From Neovahlkampfia damariscottae (taxonomy: Eukaryota), in assembly GCA_016618085.1 (NCBI GenBank), contig JABLTG010000017.1, forward strand, positions 124,001 through 172,005: a DNA stretch of 48,005 nucleotides. Direction: 5' to 3'. Position 1 is the stretch's first letter. Every line of letters begins with the position of its first letter. The translations under genes were made by a program, and so were the position numbers. Positions 26,869-38,400 of this stretch are shown one piece after another. The notes below the pieces were generated by a model that saw only the letters and a program-made list of their open reading frames with translations, searched no databases and was not told the origin of the DNA.

Positions 26869-28077
26869 TTATAATCCTAAAACATCTTTGTTATATTTAG
26901 TTTCAGCAGCATCTCTCATTTTTTGTGATTTTTTGATTGCTTTTTCAACTCTAACTTCATGAGCAGTTGGTTTGTATGTTCCTTTAGCTTTTTCTTCTTT
27001 AGCTTTTTTTTGAGCAGCAACTTCTTTAATGTGTGCTCTTTTTTCGTTGATTGCATTTGGATTTAATTTAACCATAGCATAAAGATTTTTGAGTGGATTT
27101 TTTTTTCTGACAACTCTTTTTGGAGCTAATTTTCTATCTCTAACAACGTTTTGTACTTCATCAGATTGAATGATACGTTCAACATCAGTGTTTTGCATTG
27201 TTGATCTTGGAAGTCTATAAGCTGATCCATTTCTGAGTGAGTATTTTGAATCTCCTTTAAGTCCGTATGTACCGAATCTTGTGTTAAGAGCTGAGAAAGC
27301 TGATTCTGTCCAGATGATAAATCTACCAACATGACCACCAGGAGCAAGTTGTAATAAATTTAATCTATCAACTGAAGCTAAGTCAACACCTGGAATATTT
27401 CTGAATGCTTTAACGATACCATTGTTTTCTTTATAGATAACTAAAGGTCCAAGTCTTTGTTTATATCTTCTATTTCTTGATTTTCCTCTTCCTGGATTTA
27501 ATTTTTTGTTTCTTTTAACTCTGTAAACATCTTGAATAGCTTGAGCTCTTTTTAAAAAGTTGAAAGCATCTTTTGTTGTTTGATATGATTGAATTTCATC
27601 TGAAACAACTAATGGAACTTCTGAAAGTTTTTCAACTTTGTGACCTCTAGCCATAACTAAAGCTGTAACACCTGAAGCAGCAATAGCTGAAGCAGTAGCA
27701 AAACGACGTTCGTTTTTTTTTATTTTATGCATCCATCTTCTCCAAACTTTTGTTGGTGAAAACATTCTACCTCCTCTACACATGTTACCGAAAGCACCTT
27801 GTCCAGCTCTGTGAGTACCTGAACCTGGAACTCTTGGAATACGAGCAACAGCTCTACCTGTACCCCATGATTCAGCAGCAACTTGATGTCCAGCCCATTT
27901 GGAAACTGAAAATGGTTGTCTTAAATTCATTCTGAGTTGTGAATGCATTCTGTTAACAATATCTGTTCTGATAGGTGCTGTGAATACATCAGGAAGTGCA
28001 ACTGTTGATTTTGCAACTAAACCTTTTCCTTTTTCTTCTTTTTCTGAGTTATAAACTGTAACTAATGGACGACTCAT
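26869..28077 (-). CDS. RPL4: 60S ribosomal protein L4 (uL4), intronless
   Basis: AGHQVAAESWGTGRAVARIPRV..GTHRAGQGAFGNMCRGGRMF, LNLLQLAPGGHVGRFIIWTESAF and KKNPLKN. Confidence 0.98.
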   Translation of the reverse strand: MSRPLVTVYNSEKEEKGKGLVAKSTVALPDVFTAPIRTDIVNRMHSQLRMNLRQPFSVSKWAGHQVAAESWGTGRAVARIPRVPGSGTHRAGQGAFGNMCRGGRMFSPTKVWRRWMHKIKKNERRFATASAIAASGVTALVMARGHKVEKLSEVPLVVSDEIQSYQTTKDAFNFLKRAQAIQDVYRVKRNKKLNPGRGKSRNRRYKQRLGPLVIYKENNGIVKAFRNIPGVDLASVDRLNLLQLAPGGHVGRFIIWTESAFSALNTRFGTYGLKGDSKYSLRNGSAYRLPRSTMQNTDVERIIQSDEVQNVVRDRKLAPKRVVRKKNPLKNLYAMVKLNPNAINEKRAHIKEVAAQKKAKEEKAKGTYKPTAHEVRVEKAIKKSQKMRDAAETKYNKDVLGL

Positions 28078-28216
28078 CTCTAACTTTGTTTTAAAAAAAT
28101 TGGCGAAAGAACGAAATATAATTGGTTCATTAGGTTTAAATAAAAAATCTGAACCATTTGACCAATCAAAAATTTAAACAAAAAAAAAACTAAATTCGAA
28201 GGTTTATCTTAAAAAA
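28078..28216. promoter_or_regulatory. Bidirectional promoter (RPL4 / small ORF) with three CCAAT boxes
   Basis: ATTGG at 28099 and 28121, CCAAT at 28162. Confidence 0.5.
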
Positions 28217-28590
28217 ATGGTTGTTAAATTTATGAAATCTATTGTTTTACCATCTGCTTTGGTTTTTGGTTCTGGTTATTTTTTTATCAATAAAAATTAT
28301 ATTGAAAAAATTTTTAAAGTTAAAGAAATTGAAAATACAAAAGATCAAGAAGACAAGTACTTCATTGAAAATTATTTTTAACATTTAAAAGAAAAATTGA
28401 ACTTGAATTATTTACAGACAGACCTTATGGTCTTTGGAATACTGCTGCAAAACAAACCAGGTATTTTTTTATTTGAGTTTTTATTTTTTTTAGTTATTAT
28501 AGAAATGTTCAAAAACATTTAGGAAAAAGTACATATGAAACTATTGGAGAACTTCTTAGAAGAGAGAATTCAAAATTATCGGAAAATTAA
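28217..28590 (+). CDS. Small 101-aa protein with one N-terminal hydrophobic segment (3 exons; absent from the ORF track)
   Basis: ATG 28217. Introns 28357-28391 (35 nt) and 28461-28493 (33 nt) give an open frame MVVKFMKSIVLPSALVFGSGYFFI..DRPYGLWNTAAKQTSYYRNVQKHLG..SEN*. CCAAT at 28162. Confidence 0.6.
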
Positions 28591-28740
28591 AAAAATGTGA
28601 AACAAAAAAAAATAAAAAATCTATTTGTAAAATGATGTGACAATATTTATATATACTATTTCATTGTTTAAAAAATTATTATTTTTTCATTTATCCAATG
28701 ATTTTAATTCTGTTTTTATTGGATAACGTTTTTTTTTTGT

Positions 28741-31040
28741 ATGGAGGAAAGAGAAACAAGTGAACAAATTTTAAATTTGATCAAAAGAAATATAAAACAA
28801 CGAGAAAATGAATCAGAAGAAAAATATAAAAATAGAATAACTTCAGTTCATCATATTTGTTTGAAGACATTTGCGACATTTTCTGAATCAAACTTTCATA
28901 CAAAACAAGAACTAACTATATCAGAAACAATAAAAAAAAACTGTAAATTTATGATAAAATTAATTTTTTAAAAAGTCATCAAATATAATAAAATAAATGA
29001 GTCATTAAAATTTGACGAACTCTATAACAAAATTTTATCAAAAAAAAATTTAAAAAATGAAAATTCTGTAGTTTATATTTTATATCAAATATATTTGGAA
29101 AATAATAATAAATCTGTTCGAGAAATCAAACTAATTTTTAAAAAAAAAGGGATTTGAGTCATTTTTAACGCCTATTGTAGAATTACCAAAAAAAAAATTG
29201 AATTTAGAAAATGAAATGAAAGAAAAATGTAGAGATTTAGATTTTTCAGAGAATCAATTAGTCAAAGATTTAATTTTTATTTTTCAAGGTCTTGATGGAA
29301 AATATTTAAAATTTAACTCAAAAAATCAAGTTTATGAATTTTCAAAAAGAATAGATGCTTCAAAAAGAATACAAAATCACATTAAACAAATTTCTGAAAT
29401 TGGTTTTTTAATGAAAAAAATACAATCTTTCATTAATCAAAAATCAAATTTTTCAAGTCTAATGTCTCAGGTAAAAAAAAAAAAAGTTTAAAAATACCAA
29501 AGAGTTTAGTTTCATCTATAAATACTGAATTGACATTGTTTTATAAAGAAATTTCAATTTTAGAATCACAAATCAGAAATTCAGATAATTTTTCATTAAG
29601 AAGAGTTACTATTTGGTCAAAACAACCATTAGATAAATTAAGGTTAATTTCAAGACTTTTAGATGCTGTTGATAATACAAAAGGTGGTATTTTGATTTCC
29701 AAAGTTTCAGAGTTTCAAAAAACAGGTAATCCTGTGATTGAAAATTTAATGAACAATATTTCAAAACAAACATCAGAACCAATGTTTCAAATTATATTGA
29801 ATTGGATAAAATATGGTGAAATCAATGATCCATTTGAAGAATTCTTCATTAAAGAAAAGAAATGTACAAAAGAAGAATTTTGGAATTCGAAATATGAAAT
29901 TTGTGAAGAAATGATTCCAGAGTTTATTACAAAAAAATTATCAAAAGAAGTATTCTAATTCACTGTTTAAAATTCTTTAGATTTTTTTGATTGGAAAATC
30001 TTTAAATTTCATGCAACATCATTCAGGTGAAATGAATTCAATTATATTAATGAATGATAAAATAAAAGTTGATGATATTAATTCAATTGAAAAATTAGAA
30101 AAAGTAGTTGGTAATTATTTAAAAGTTACAAATTCAAACTTGATGAAATTTTTAAAGAATTGTAGAATAGATCAACATTTATTAGGTTTAAAAAATTATT
30201 TATTTTTATCAGAGGGAAATTTCATTCAACATTTAATGGATTTATTAAAGTAAGGAGTATTTTTTTGTGTTTAACATCAGTACAACATTGAATAAATCTG
30301 TTACTCAAATTAATAGAAGTATTTTATTACAAATTCTTGAAACAACTATTAAAGAATGTGGAATGAATGAAGATAATATTTCAATTAAAGCATTAGATGT
30401 AAAAATATTAAAAGATCCAAAATTTATAATTGGTTGGGATGCATTTTCACTTGATTATCATTTTGATTCTCCTTTGAATATTATTTTTTCTGAAAAGGTT
30501 TGAAAGTTTCTTTTTTTTTTTAAATCAATCTAGATTATGGATAAATATTTAATCATTTTTAAGTATTTATGGAATTTAAAAAGAATTGAAAATTTATTAA
30601 CAAAATCATGGAAGAAGGGTATTAAAAATTCAATATCAAATACATCAGATTTTATTAGATTTAAAATGTTACATTTTTTAAGAAATTTACAATATTATTA
30701 TTCATTTGAAGTTTTAGAAAGTTATTGGAATGATTTAGTTTGTAAAATGAATGATATTTTAAGAGAAGGTGATTTAGATGTTTTAATCAAAACTCATGAA
30801 GAATATATTGAAAATGTATTTAAATCTTTGATGATTGAGAAATCAGATATTCAAAATATCATCTCAAAGTTTTTAAATTTGATGATACAGTACTTGAATT
30901 TTGAAAGTTCAATTGTTAAAATAGATTCAAAAGTTGAATCAAATTTTATTTTGATTGAACAAAAATTTGAAATGTTAAGTTCACAATTACAAAATATTAC
31001 AAAGTTTAATAGTTTTAAATTGACAATTGACTTTCGTTGA
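28741..31040 (+). CDS. TUBGCP3: Gamma-tubulin complex component 3 (GCP3/Spc98), multi-exon
   Basis: ENQLVKDLIFIFQGLDGKY, LRRVTIW, KGGILIS, WIKYGEINDPFEEFFI, IGKSLNF, GWDAFSLDY..PL, FKYLWNLKRIE and LQYYYSFEVLESYW. Confidence 0.85.
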
Positions 31041-31284
31041 TTTTAACATTTTTTCAAAATAAAAAAAAAATTTCCTGATTTGTGAGACAAGCTTCCAGTT
31101 GTGATTCTAATTTGTTCAAAATCTTTGAGTGACTTCTTTTCGACTTTAGTTAAATGGTACTGTGATGTTTTGAAAGAAAACATCAAAAGTTGGAAACCCT
31201 TCCAAACACTTTGTTTCTAATAACAACGGAAAGTTCGGATAAACTTTTGATTGGCCAAAGGAAGTTTACAATTTTTTTTTTGAA

Positions 31285-33006
31285 ATGAAACAATTTGTCC
31301 AAGTTCAAAGTGAAAACGTCACATATGACAAAGGTGAAATAAAAACTAAATACACATATGATACAATCAAAACAACAACAAAGATTTTGGAAGATGGTTC
31401 AAAAGTGTTTGTTTCAACACCAAAAAAAACAAATTATGAATTTAAAACAAATAGAAATACACCAAAAATGGGTTTAATGATTGTTGGATGGTATTTATTT
31501 ATTCATTTTATCAAAAAAATAGGGGTGGAAATAACGGTACAACTTTGACTGGAGCAATACATGCAAACAAAAAGTAAAAAAAAAAAAGAAACATATATTA
31601 ATCTTTTTAAAAGTAAAATCACATGGAAAACTAAAACTGGTAAACACCAATCAAATTATTTTGGTTCAATCACACAAAGTGCAACTGTAAAATTGGGTAC
31701 TGATGAAAATAATGAAGATGTTCATGTTCCATTTAATAACCTTTTACCTATGGTTTCACCAAATGATTTAGTCTTAGGAGGTTGGGATATTTGTGGAAAT
31801 GACCTTGCTATTCAAATGGAAAATTCACAAGTGTTTGATTATAATTTACAAGAACAACTTAAACCATACATGAAAGAATTAACACCTTTACCATCAATTT
31901 ATATTGAAGAATTTGTAGCTACAAATCAAAAAGCAAGAGCAACAAATATTTTAAAAGGTGAAATTCATGAACAAGTTGAAACACTTCGTCAAAATATTAA
32001 AGATTTTAAATCAAAAAATAATTTGGATAAAGTTATCATTTTATGGAGTGCAACAACAGGTAAAACCTTTTTTTTTTGTTAATGTTTATTCAAACAGAAA
32101 AATTTTCACAAATTCAAGAAGGTGTAAATGACACAAGTGAAAATTTATTGAATTCAATTAAAAAAGGTGAAAAGAATATATCACCATCAACTTTATTTGC
32201 TGTTGCTTCAATTCTTGAAGGTTGTTCATATATCAATGGTTCACCTCAAAATACATTTGTTCCAGGTGTAATTGAATTAGCAAAAGAAAAGAAAGTTTTT
32301 ATTTGTGGAGATGATTTTAAATCAGGTCAAACAAAAGTTAAATCAGTTTTAGCAGATTTCTTAGTTTCTGCAGGATTGAAATTGAAGTCTGTTGCTTGTA
32401 AAAAAAAAAAAAAATTTTAACAATTTTTTTAGCTTATAATCATTTAGGTAATAATGATGGTTTGAATTTAAGTGAAACACCACAATTCAAATCAAAAGAA
32501 CTTACAAAGAGAAATGTTATTGATGATGTAATGTCTTCAAATTCAGTTTTATATGAAAAAGATGAAAAAATAGATCACATTGTTGTTATTAAATACGTTC
32601 CTCATGTTGGTGATTCAAAAAGAGCTATTGATGAATATGTCAGCGAAATTTTTATGGGTGGAGAAAATGTTTTATCAATTTATAATGTCTGTGAAGATTC
32701 ATTATTAGCTGCTCCAATTATGATTGATTTGGCAATATTAACAGAATTGTTTGAAAGAATTCAATGGAAAACAGGTAAATTCTAAATTTAGATTTTTTAC
32801 TCTTCAAAAAAGATGAAACAAAAGAATTTCAATCATTTGATTCAATCCTTAGTGTTCTTGGGTATCTTTTAAAAGCTCCTTTATATCCAAAAGATCAAAA
32901 AGTTGTTAATTCACTCTTCAAACAAAGATCTTCTCTCGAAAATATTTTGAAAGCTATCATTGGTCTTCCATGTGAATCAAACATGGACTTAGAATTAAAA
33001 ATTTAA
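31285..33006 (+). CDS. INO1: Myo-inositol-1-phosphate synthase, multi-exon
   Basis: GLMIVGW-GGNNGTT across an intron, [64 protein letters not shown] and LLKAP. Stop at 33004-33006. Confidence 0.96.
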
Positions 33007-33118
33007 ATTAATTAATCCATTTTTTTTTGATTGATTATTTTTTCCAAATTTGTAACATTTTAATTCGAACCTTCGAGTTCAGTTAATTGGTCAACATTCT
33101 TTGTCTGTTGAAAAGTCA

Positions 33119-34102
33119 ATGAACTACGATGAAGTAATGGAAGAAATAAAAACAGCTGTTAGTTCTTTGGAACTTTCAGATTTTGAATTAAAAACAATTC
33201 CAAAAGAAGTTTTTGCACTTAAAGAATTACAAACGATTCACCTTGGTGAAAATGAAATATCAGAAATTCCAAAAGAAATTGGACAATTAAAAACATTAAC
33301 AGAAATTTATTTGGATGCAAATGACTTGAACAAATTACCTGAAGAGTTTTCAAAACTTTCAAATTTAACTGTCCTTTATTTGAACGAAAATTTATTTGAA
33401 GAGTTTCCAAAAGAAATTTGTAATTTAAAACTCTTAAACAATTTAATAATGAACACAAATCAAATGATTTCTGTCCCATCCGAAATTGGTAATTTGAAAA
33501 ATTTAGAAACTCTTGATTTTGGAGAAAATCAAATTACATCTTTGCCAATTGAAATTGAAAACTTGACAAAATTAAAGAATATTTATTTAGATACGAATCA
33601 ATTCAGTGATTTTCCAAAATCAATACTAAAATTAACGAATTTGGAAATACTTAAACTTGATATCAACGATTTTATTAATTTACCAAAAGAAATTTCATCA
33701 TTGAAGAATTTGAAAGAATTAAACTTAAGTTTCAATCAATTGAAAGAATTGCCAAAAGAAATTGGAGAATTAGAAAAACTGGAAGTGTTAAATTTGAAAG
33801 TAAACCAATTAGAAGAATTACCAAAAGAAATTGGAGATTTGAAAAGTTTAAAAATTTTGCATTTGAAAAAGAATAAACTACAAAGGTTGCCTAAAGAATT
33901 GAGCATGTTAAAAGAACTAAAAATGATTCAATTGGAAGAAAATCAAATTTCAAGCATTCCAAAGGACTTTGTTGACTTGAAGAATTTATCTGAAATTTAT
34001 CTTGCCGGTAATCCAATTGATTCAAATGACGAAGGATTGATTGCTTTAAAAAAAATTGATTCTTTGGAAGTAATCCTTGAACAAGAATCTAATATTGAAT
34101 AA
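33119..34102 (+). CDS. Leucine-rich repeat protein (~12 tandem 23-aa LRRs), intronless
   Basis: Repeated LPKEIGxLxxLxxLxLxxNQL units ending in an LAGNPI cap. Confidence 0.92.
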   Translation: MNYDEVMEEIKTAVSSLELSDFELKTIPKEVFALKELQTIHLGENEISEIPKEIGQLKTLTEIYLDANDLNKLPEEFSKLSNLTVLYLNENLFEEFPKEICNLKLLNNLIMNTNQMISVPSEIGNLKNLETLDFGENQITSLPIEIENLTKLKNIYLDTNQFSDFPKSILKLTNLEILKLDINDFINLPKEISSLKNLKELNLSFNQLKELPKEIGELEKLEVLNLKVNQLEELPKEIGDLKSLKILHLKKNKLQRLPKELSMLKELKMIQLEENQISSIPKDFVDLKNLSEIYLAGNPIDSNDEGLIALKKIDSLEVILEQESNIE

Positions 34103-34137
34103 AAGCAATTGAACAAAGATAATTTTTATTGAAAAAC

Positions 34138-35363
34138 CTATTCTTCTTTTTCATCTTCCAAAGTACTCGTAGAAGTTGCAGAAGCAGTTCCAGAGTTCCA
34201 AAGAGGATGATTTTTTGAGTTGTAAAGTACTAAATTTCCGTCACCTTGCATGATAAGGTGAACAGGAAGTTGTGTTGTATCAACAGGCTCAGGAGAATCG
34301 GATACGTATCCAGCTATTCCTTCGTATTGGTATCCATGATTTTCATGTCGAAGTTCATTCCAATTGGTTGTATAAAAATGATCTCCTACAGAGTTCAAAT
34401 ATCTGAAAAGTTGGATTCTTCTATCACCAGCTTGATGGTAAATGAATCTAGCACAACCTTCATACTTATATCCACCATTTCTTGAAGCTCCTATTTGTGT
34501 TGTACCTATTTCATTTATACTTGTAGTGTAAAAATGATCATTTCCATTGTGATATCGATGAAGGCACACAGTTCCAGGTCTTGGCTCTTTGAAAATATAA
34601 CCAATGGAGCCTTCATATCTATATCCATTATTTCCAACAACTCCCACTTGTGTTGTGCCTATTTCATGAATATTGGATGTGTAGAAATGATCCATCCCAA
34701 TTGAAGTATCGTTGAAATTGAACACCAGACAATACAGTATTTGTATTCCAAACAACTTGGTTATTGGAGTTATAAACTACCAAATTACCGTCTCCTTGGA
34801 GTTGGACTCTGTTGTTTTAGCCAAAAGTTGAACTACTCCAGATGGCATGAACATTTTGGTCCTAGATCACAAAATTTCCATCTGTTTGAACAATAGCAGC
34901 ATATTTTTCCTTCTCAGAGAACATTTTTCTTCAGCATGTAATACGTTCAATCCGTTTGAAATGAGGTGACTTGTAGGTGGATTTTCATAAGAAATACCAA
35001 CCTCTTTCGTAAGACAAATACCATTTACAAATCTAGTAAGCATGTTGAATTTCTCTGTAGGTAGATGCCCTTGGACAGCGTTGACCGTATTTTCACAGGT
35101 ATGACAATTTCCATTGCCACAAACTTGTTCATACACTTACTGAAAAATTGAGTGAACAATCTTCTTCTTACTTTGTATTCTCCAAAAGGAAATATGTGAA
35201 GGTCGTTATTTGAAGAGTTAATAACGTCTCCAGGATTTGGATTGGTTTCACCGCACGATTTCAAACATGCTTCACCATTTACACCTTTTGCTCCATATTG
35301 AATTGGTGATAATGATAGACAATTGCTCACGATTAATAGTATCATGACTATGACTAACTTCAT
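34138..35363 (-). pseudogene. Disrupted secreted lectin: signal peptide, bulb-type (GNA) lectin motifs and three HFYT repeats (DUF5648-like)
   Basis: Conceptual translation IVQTDGNFVI*DQ..IWSSSTFG*NNRVQLQGDGNLVVYN and MQGDGNLVLYN (QxDxNxVxY). In-frame stops at 34862-34864 and 34817-34819, frameshifts near 34925 and 34700. Three DHFYT..E..GYxYEG repeats. Confidence 0.75.
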
Positions 35364-35473
35364 CTTTTGTTTATAGGATTCATTCTATTGGTGGAGAATA
35401 TTACTCCAATAAGACTTTTTGGGTCAAGAAAATGATCAATCAATCTTTATCAGTCAAACAAATGAAAGGAAAT

Positions 35474-38400
35474 TTAATAATTAATACTTTGTGCTGGGAT
35501 TGAATAATAATAATAATCTTTTCTACTTGGATCATTTTTGATTTCATCTGATAATTTAGTGATTTCAGCAATAAACTCTTGGAAGTATTTTAAAGCAGGT
35601 GCTTCAGTAAAAGAATTGTATTTTGTGCTGATAAGAGGAGTATCAGTTGGTCTTGTAACAGGATAAAATGTTGAATTAATCATAATACTTTGACCAAGTG
35701 TTGGTAAATACTTCATTAAAACTCTTTGTTGTCTTGTATCCAACTTATATCCATCTGTTGGAATTCCAAATGAATCATCATCAAATTGTGGTGGAGGAAG
35801 ATTTAAAACAGTTGGTAATAATGGAGCAAATGATAATTGATCTAATTGAGCATAATGTAAAACAGTATGTTCTCCAACTGAATTAAAAATAAACGATGAT
35901 AACAATTGAATTAAATCTTTGAGTGTTTTTACTGTTACCATTCCTGGAATATATTGTTTTAACATTTCAAGAAAACTTGTTAATTCTGTATCTTTTAAGA
36001 TTACATCATCATTTTTATAATAAATTTCAATGATATTAGTGACATATTGTTCAATCACTTTCCACATTCTATTTCCATCTTTTTCATAATAATAATTCGG
36101 AATTTCAATATTCTTTTTTTTGATCATATTTGGGAACATGTATTCTTCATAATTGAATTTTTTGAAATAATGATCATTTACTTTGTAAGCATCAACACCA
36201 ACAGAGAATAATACACTAACTAATCCAGTACCATCATCTTTTAATAATGTTTTACGTGCTAATAAATTAATAACATCCGTGTAATATAAATGAGGAATGA
36301 GAAGTCCGTAAATTGGATGTTCTTTGAATAAAGTATGATGAAGACAAATGGAAACAGTTTCCATGACACTATGTGTTCTTAAATTATGAGAAACAATTTC
36401 ATGATGCGAAACATAAGCACTTGAAACAAAAAGTTTTGCAATTGTCCAATTTGGCATTGTTGGTAATGTAATTCTACCTTCTTCTTCTTCTGAGATATCA
36501 TGAACATCAAATGTGATATCAATAATTCCACCTGTTTCAATATCATATTGATGAGTTGTTTTTCCTTTTTTTAATTGAGCAAAGAACACATTAAATTCGC
36601 CCATATAATCATCAAGAATCAAATCTTTGTCTTTGACAACGAATTTAAATGAATCACCTTCTAAGCAGTGAAATTCAAATGATTCATTCCAAACAGGATT
36701 TAGAGTGTTCCATTGAGTAGATGTTTGATGATTTTGATGACCAACTTGAATATGAATGTATGGATCACTTTTTCCAATCCAATCCATTTTTTTCAAATTC
36801 TTTCCAAAGTTTACTGTAACAATAACTTTTGTTTTATGTCTGCTATTTAATTGAATACCTAATGGAAGGAATTGATTATCTTCAGTTAAATAAAAAAGTG
36901 CTCTTGGTCTTGCAGTATGTTGAGGGTAAGATGTAACTAAATTCATTGTTTCATAATTATCAACATAATAAACTTTTCCCTTTTTCACTTCATCAACAAA
37001 TTTCACTTTTGGAAATCTTTTTTCAAAATAACTAACAAAATCTTTTTTGTTGAATTGAGCAAAGTTTTTTGATAAATCATCTTCTTTTAATTTTTCAATT
37101 TGAGTTGGATCTAAACCATTTACAAATTGTTGTGCAAATGTTTCGTCTTTATTCCAAATAAAGTTTTGTAATTTGGAACTTTCAAAATTTGAGAAATATT
37201 TTGAAACAAATCCAAATGTTCTGTCAATAACATTTTCATGAAATCTAAAAACATTCAAATCATCCATTAATGTCATTAAATGATGTGATTCATGATCTGT
37301 CAAATAAGGATGTTTTGTTGAAGATAAAACTGAAAGAATAATTTCGAGTTGAGTTGCAAATGTTGATAAGAAAGCACCAGGTGTTTTACTTGCAACAACT
37401 AATGTTGAAAAGATTTGTTTAAGTTGATTTTTTGCCATCACAGAAGTATGTTTTTGAAGTAAAGTATTGATAATGAATTTAAGATCAGCACGTGAATCAT
37501 CTAAATGAATTGGAACATGAGTTGATGTTTTATCAATTGGCCATTTTTGAATTGTTTTTTCAATTGAATTTTCTCTTCTAACAAGTACATCTTTTGGTTC
37601 ATCATTTGGAATTGAGAATTGATTTGCATAACCTCTGAATACATCAAATTCAGGATCATTATTTGGATTGATGATATTTTTTCCACCTGTTTCTTGAAGA
37701 TTTCTATTGAGGAAATTTGATAATCTGGTATTGTGAATTCTTTCCCAACCGATTTTTGTCATTGTAGCTTCATTCCAATTGTGTTCAGAAGCAACAGGAT
37801 TTGAATAAATAGCAGTGAATGCATAAATAGCTAATTGTTGTTGCATAAGATCAGGAACCAAATAATCATGATCTTCTGCAAGTAAACCAACATAATAATC
37901 AATATTCTTTGGATCTTTATAAATTTCTTTTAATTTCTTTTGTAATTCTTCATTCTTTGTAATGTCTGAAAAATCTTTAATTTCAACTGCTTCAAAGAAT
38001 TCTTTATATTCAACAAAAGACTTTGCTTTGAAAACTCTTGAATGTAATAAAGTTGTAATTTCAATAGGTTTGAGAAAATCTACTGTATTATTCAATCCTA
38101 ATCTTCCAATATTTTGTGAAGTAACATTTCCAACAATGGTTTCGAGACCATATTCTTGAATATATTTTGGTTTGAATTGTAAATCTTTAAATTTGTGAGT
38201 TTCTTTACCTAAAGTAAAATCAGTTGGAACCATTGAATGCCATCTATATAAATAATTGAATTCAAAATGTAATCTTTCTTGATATTGAAATTTAGATTTG
38301 AATAAAATTTCTGGTTTGTAATTCACTCTAACATTTTTTGCGTGTAAAATATGATTGATATAATCTTCAACAACCATTTTTGATAATTCTGCGATTAATA

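Noticed and set aside
33061..33100. TTCGAACC and AGTTCAGTTAATTGGT, reminiscent of tRNA B/A boxes
   Set aside because: Wrong order and no cloverleaf. Better explained as the LRR gene promoter containing ATTGG.
33119..34102. 69-bp periodicity as a possible CRISPR or tandem DNA repeat
   Set aside because: It is the protein-level LRR period with synonymous divergence, and there are no spacers or cas genes.
34817..34864. In-frame TAG/TAA as possible stop-codon reassignment (ciliate-like code, given the TTTGGG telomere)
   Set aside because: Conserved genes end in TAA and have long stop-free frames, and the same locus also has frameshifts, so it is a pseudogene.
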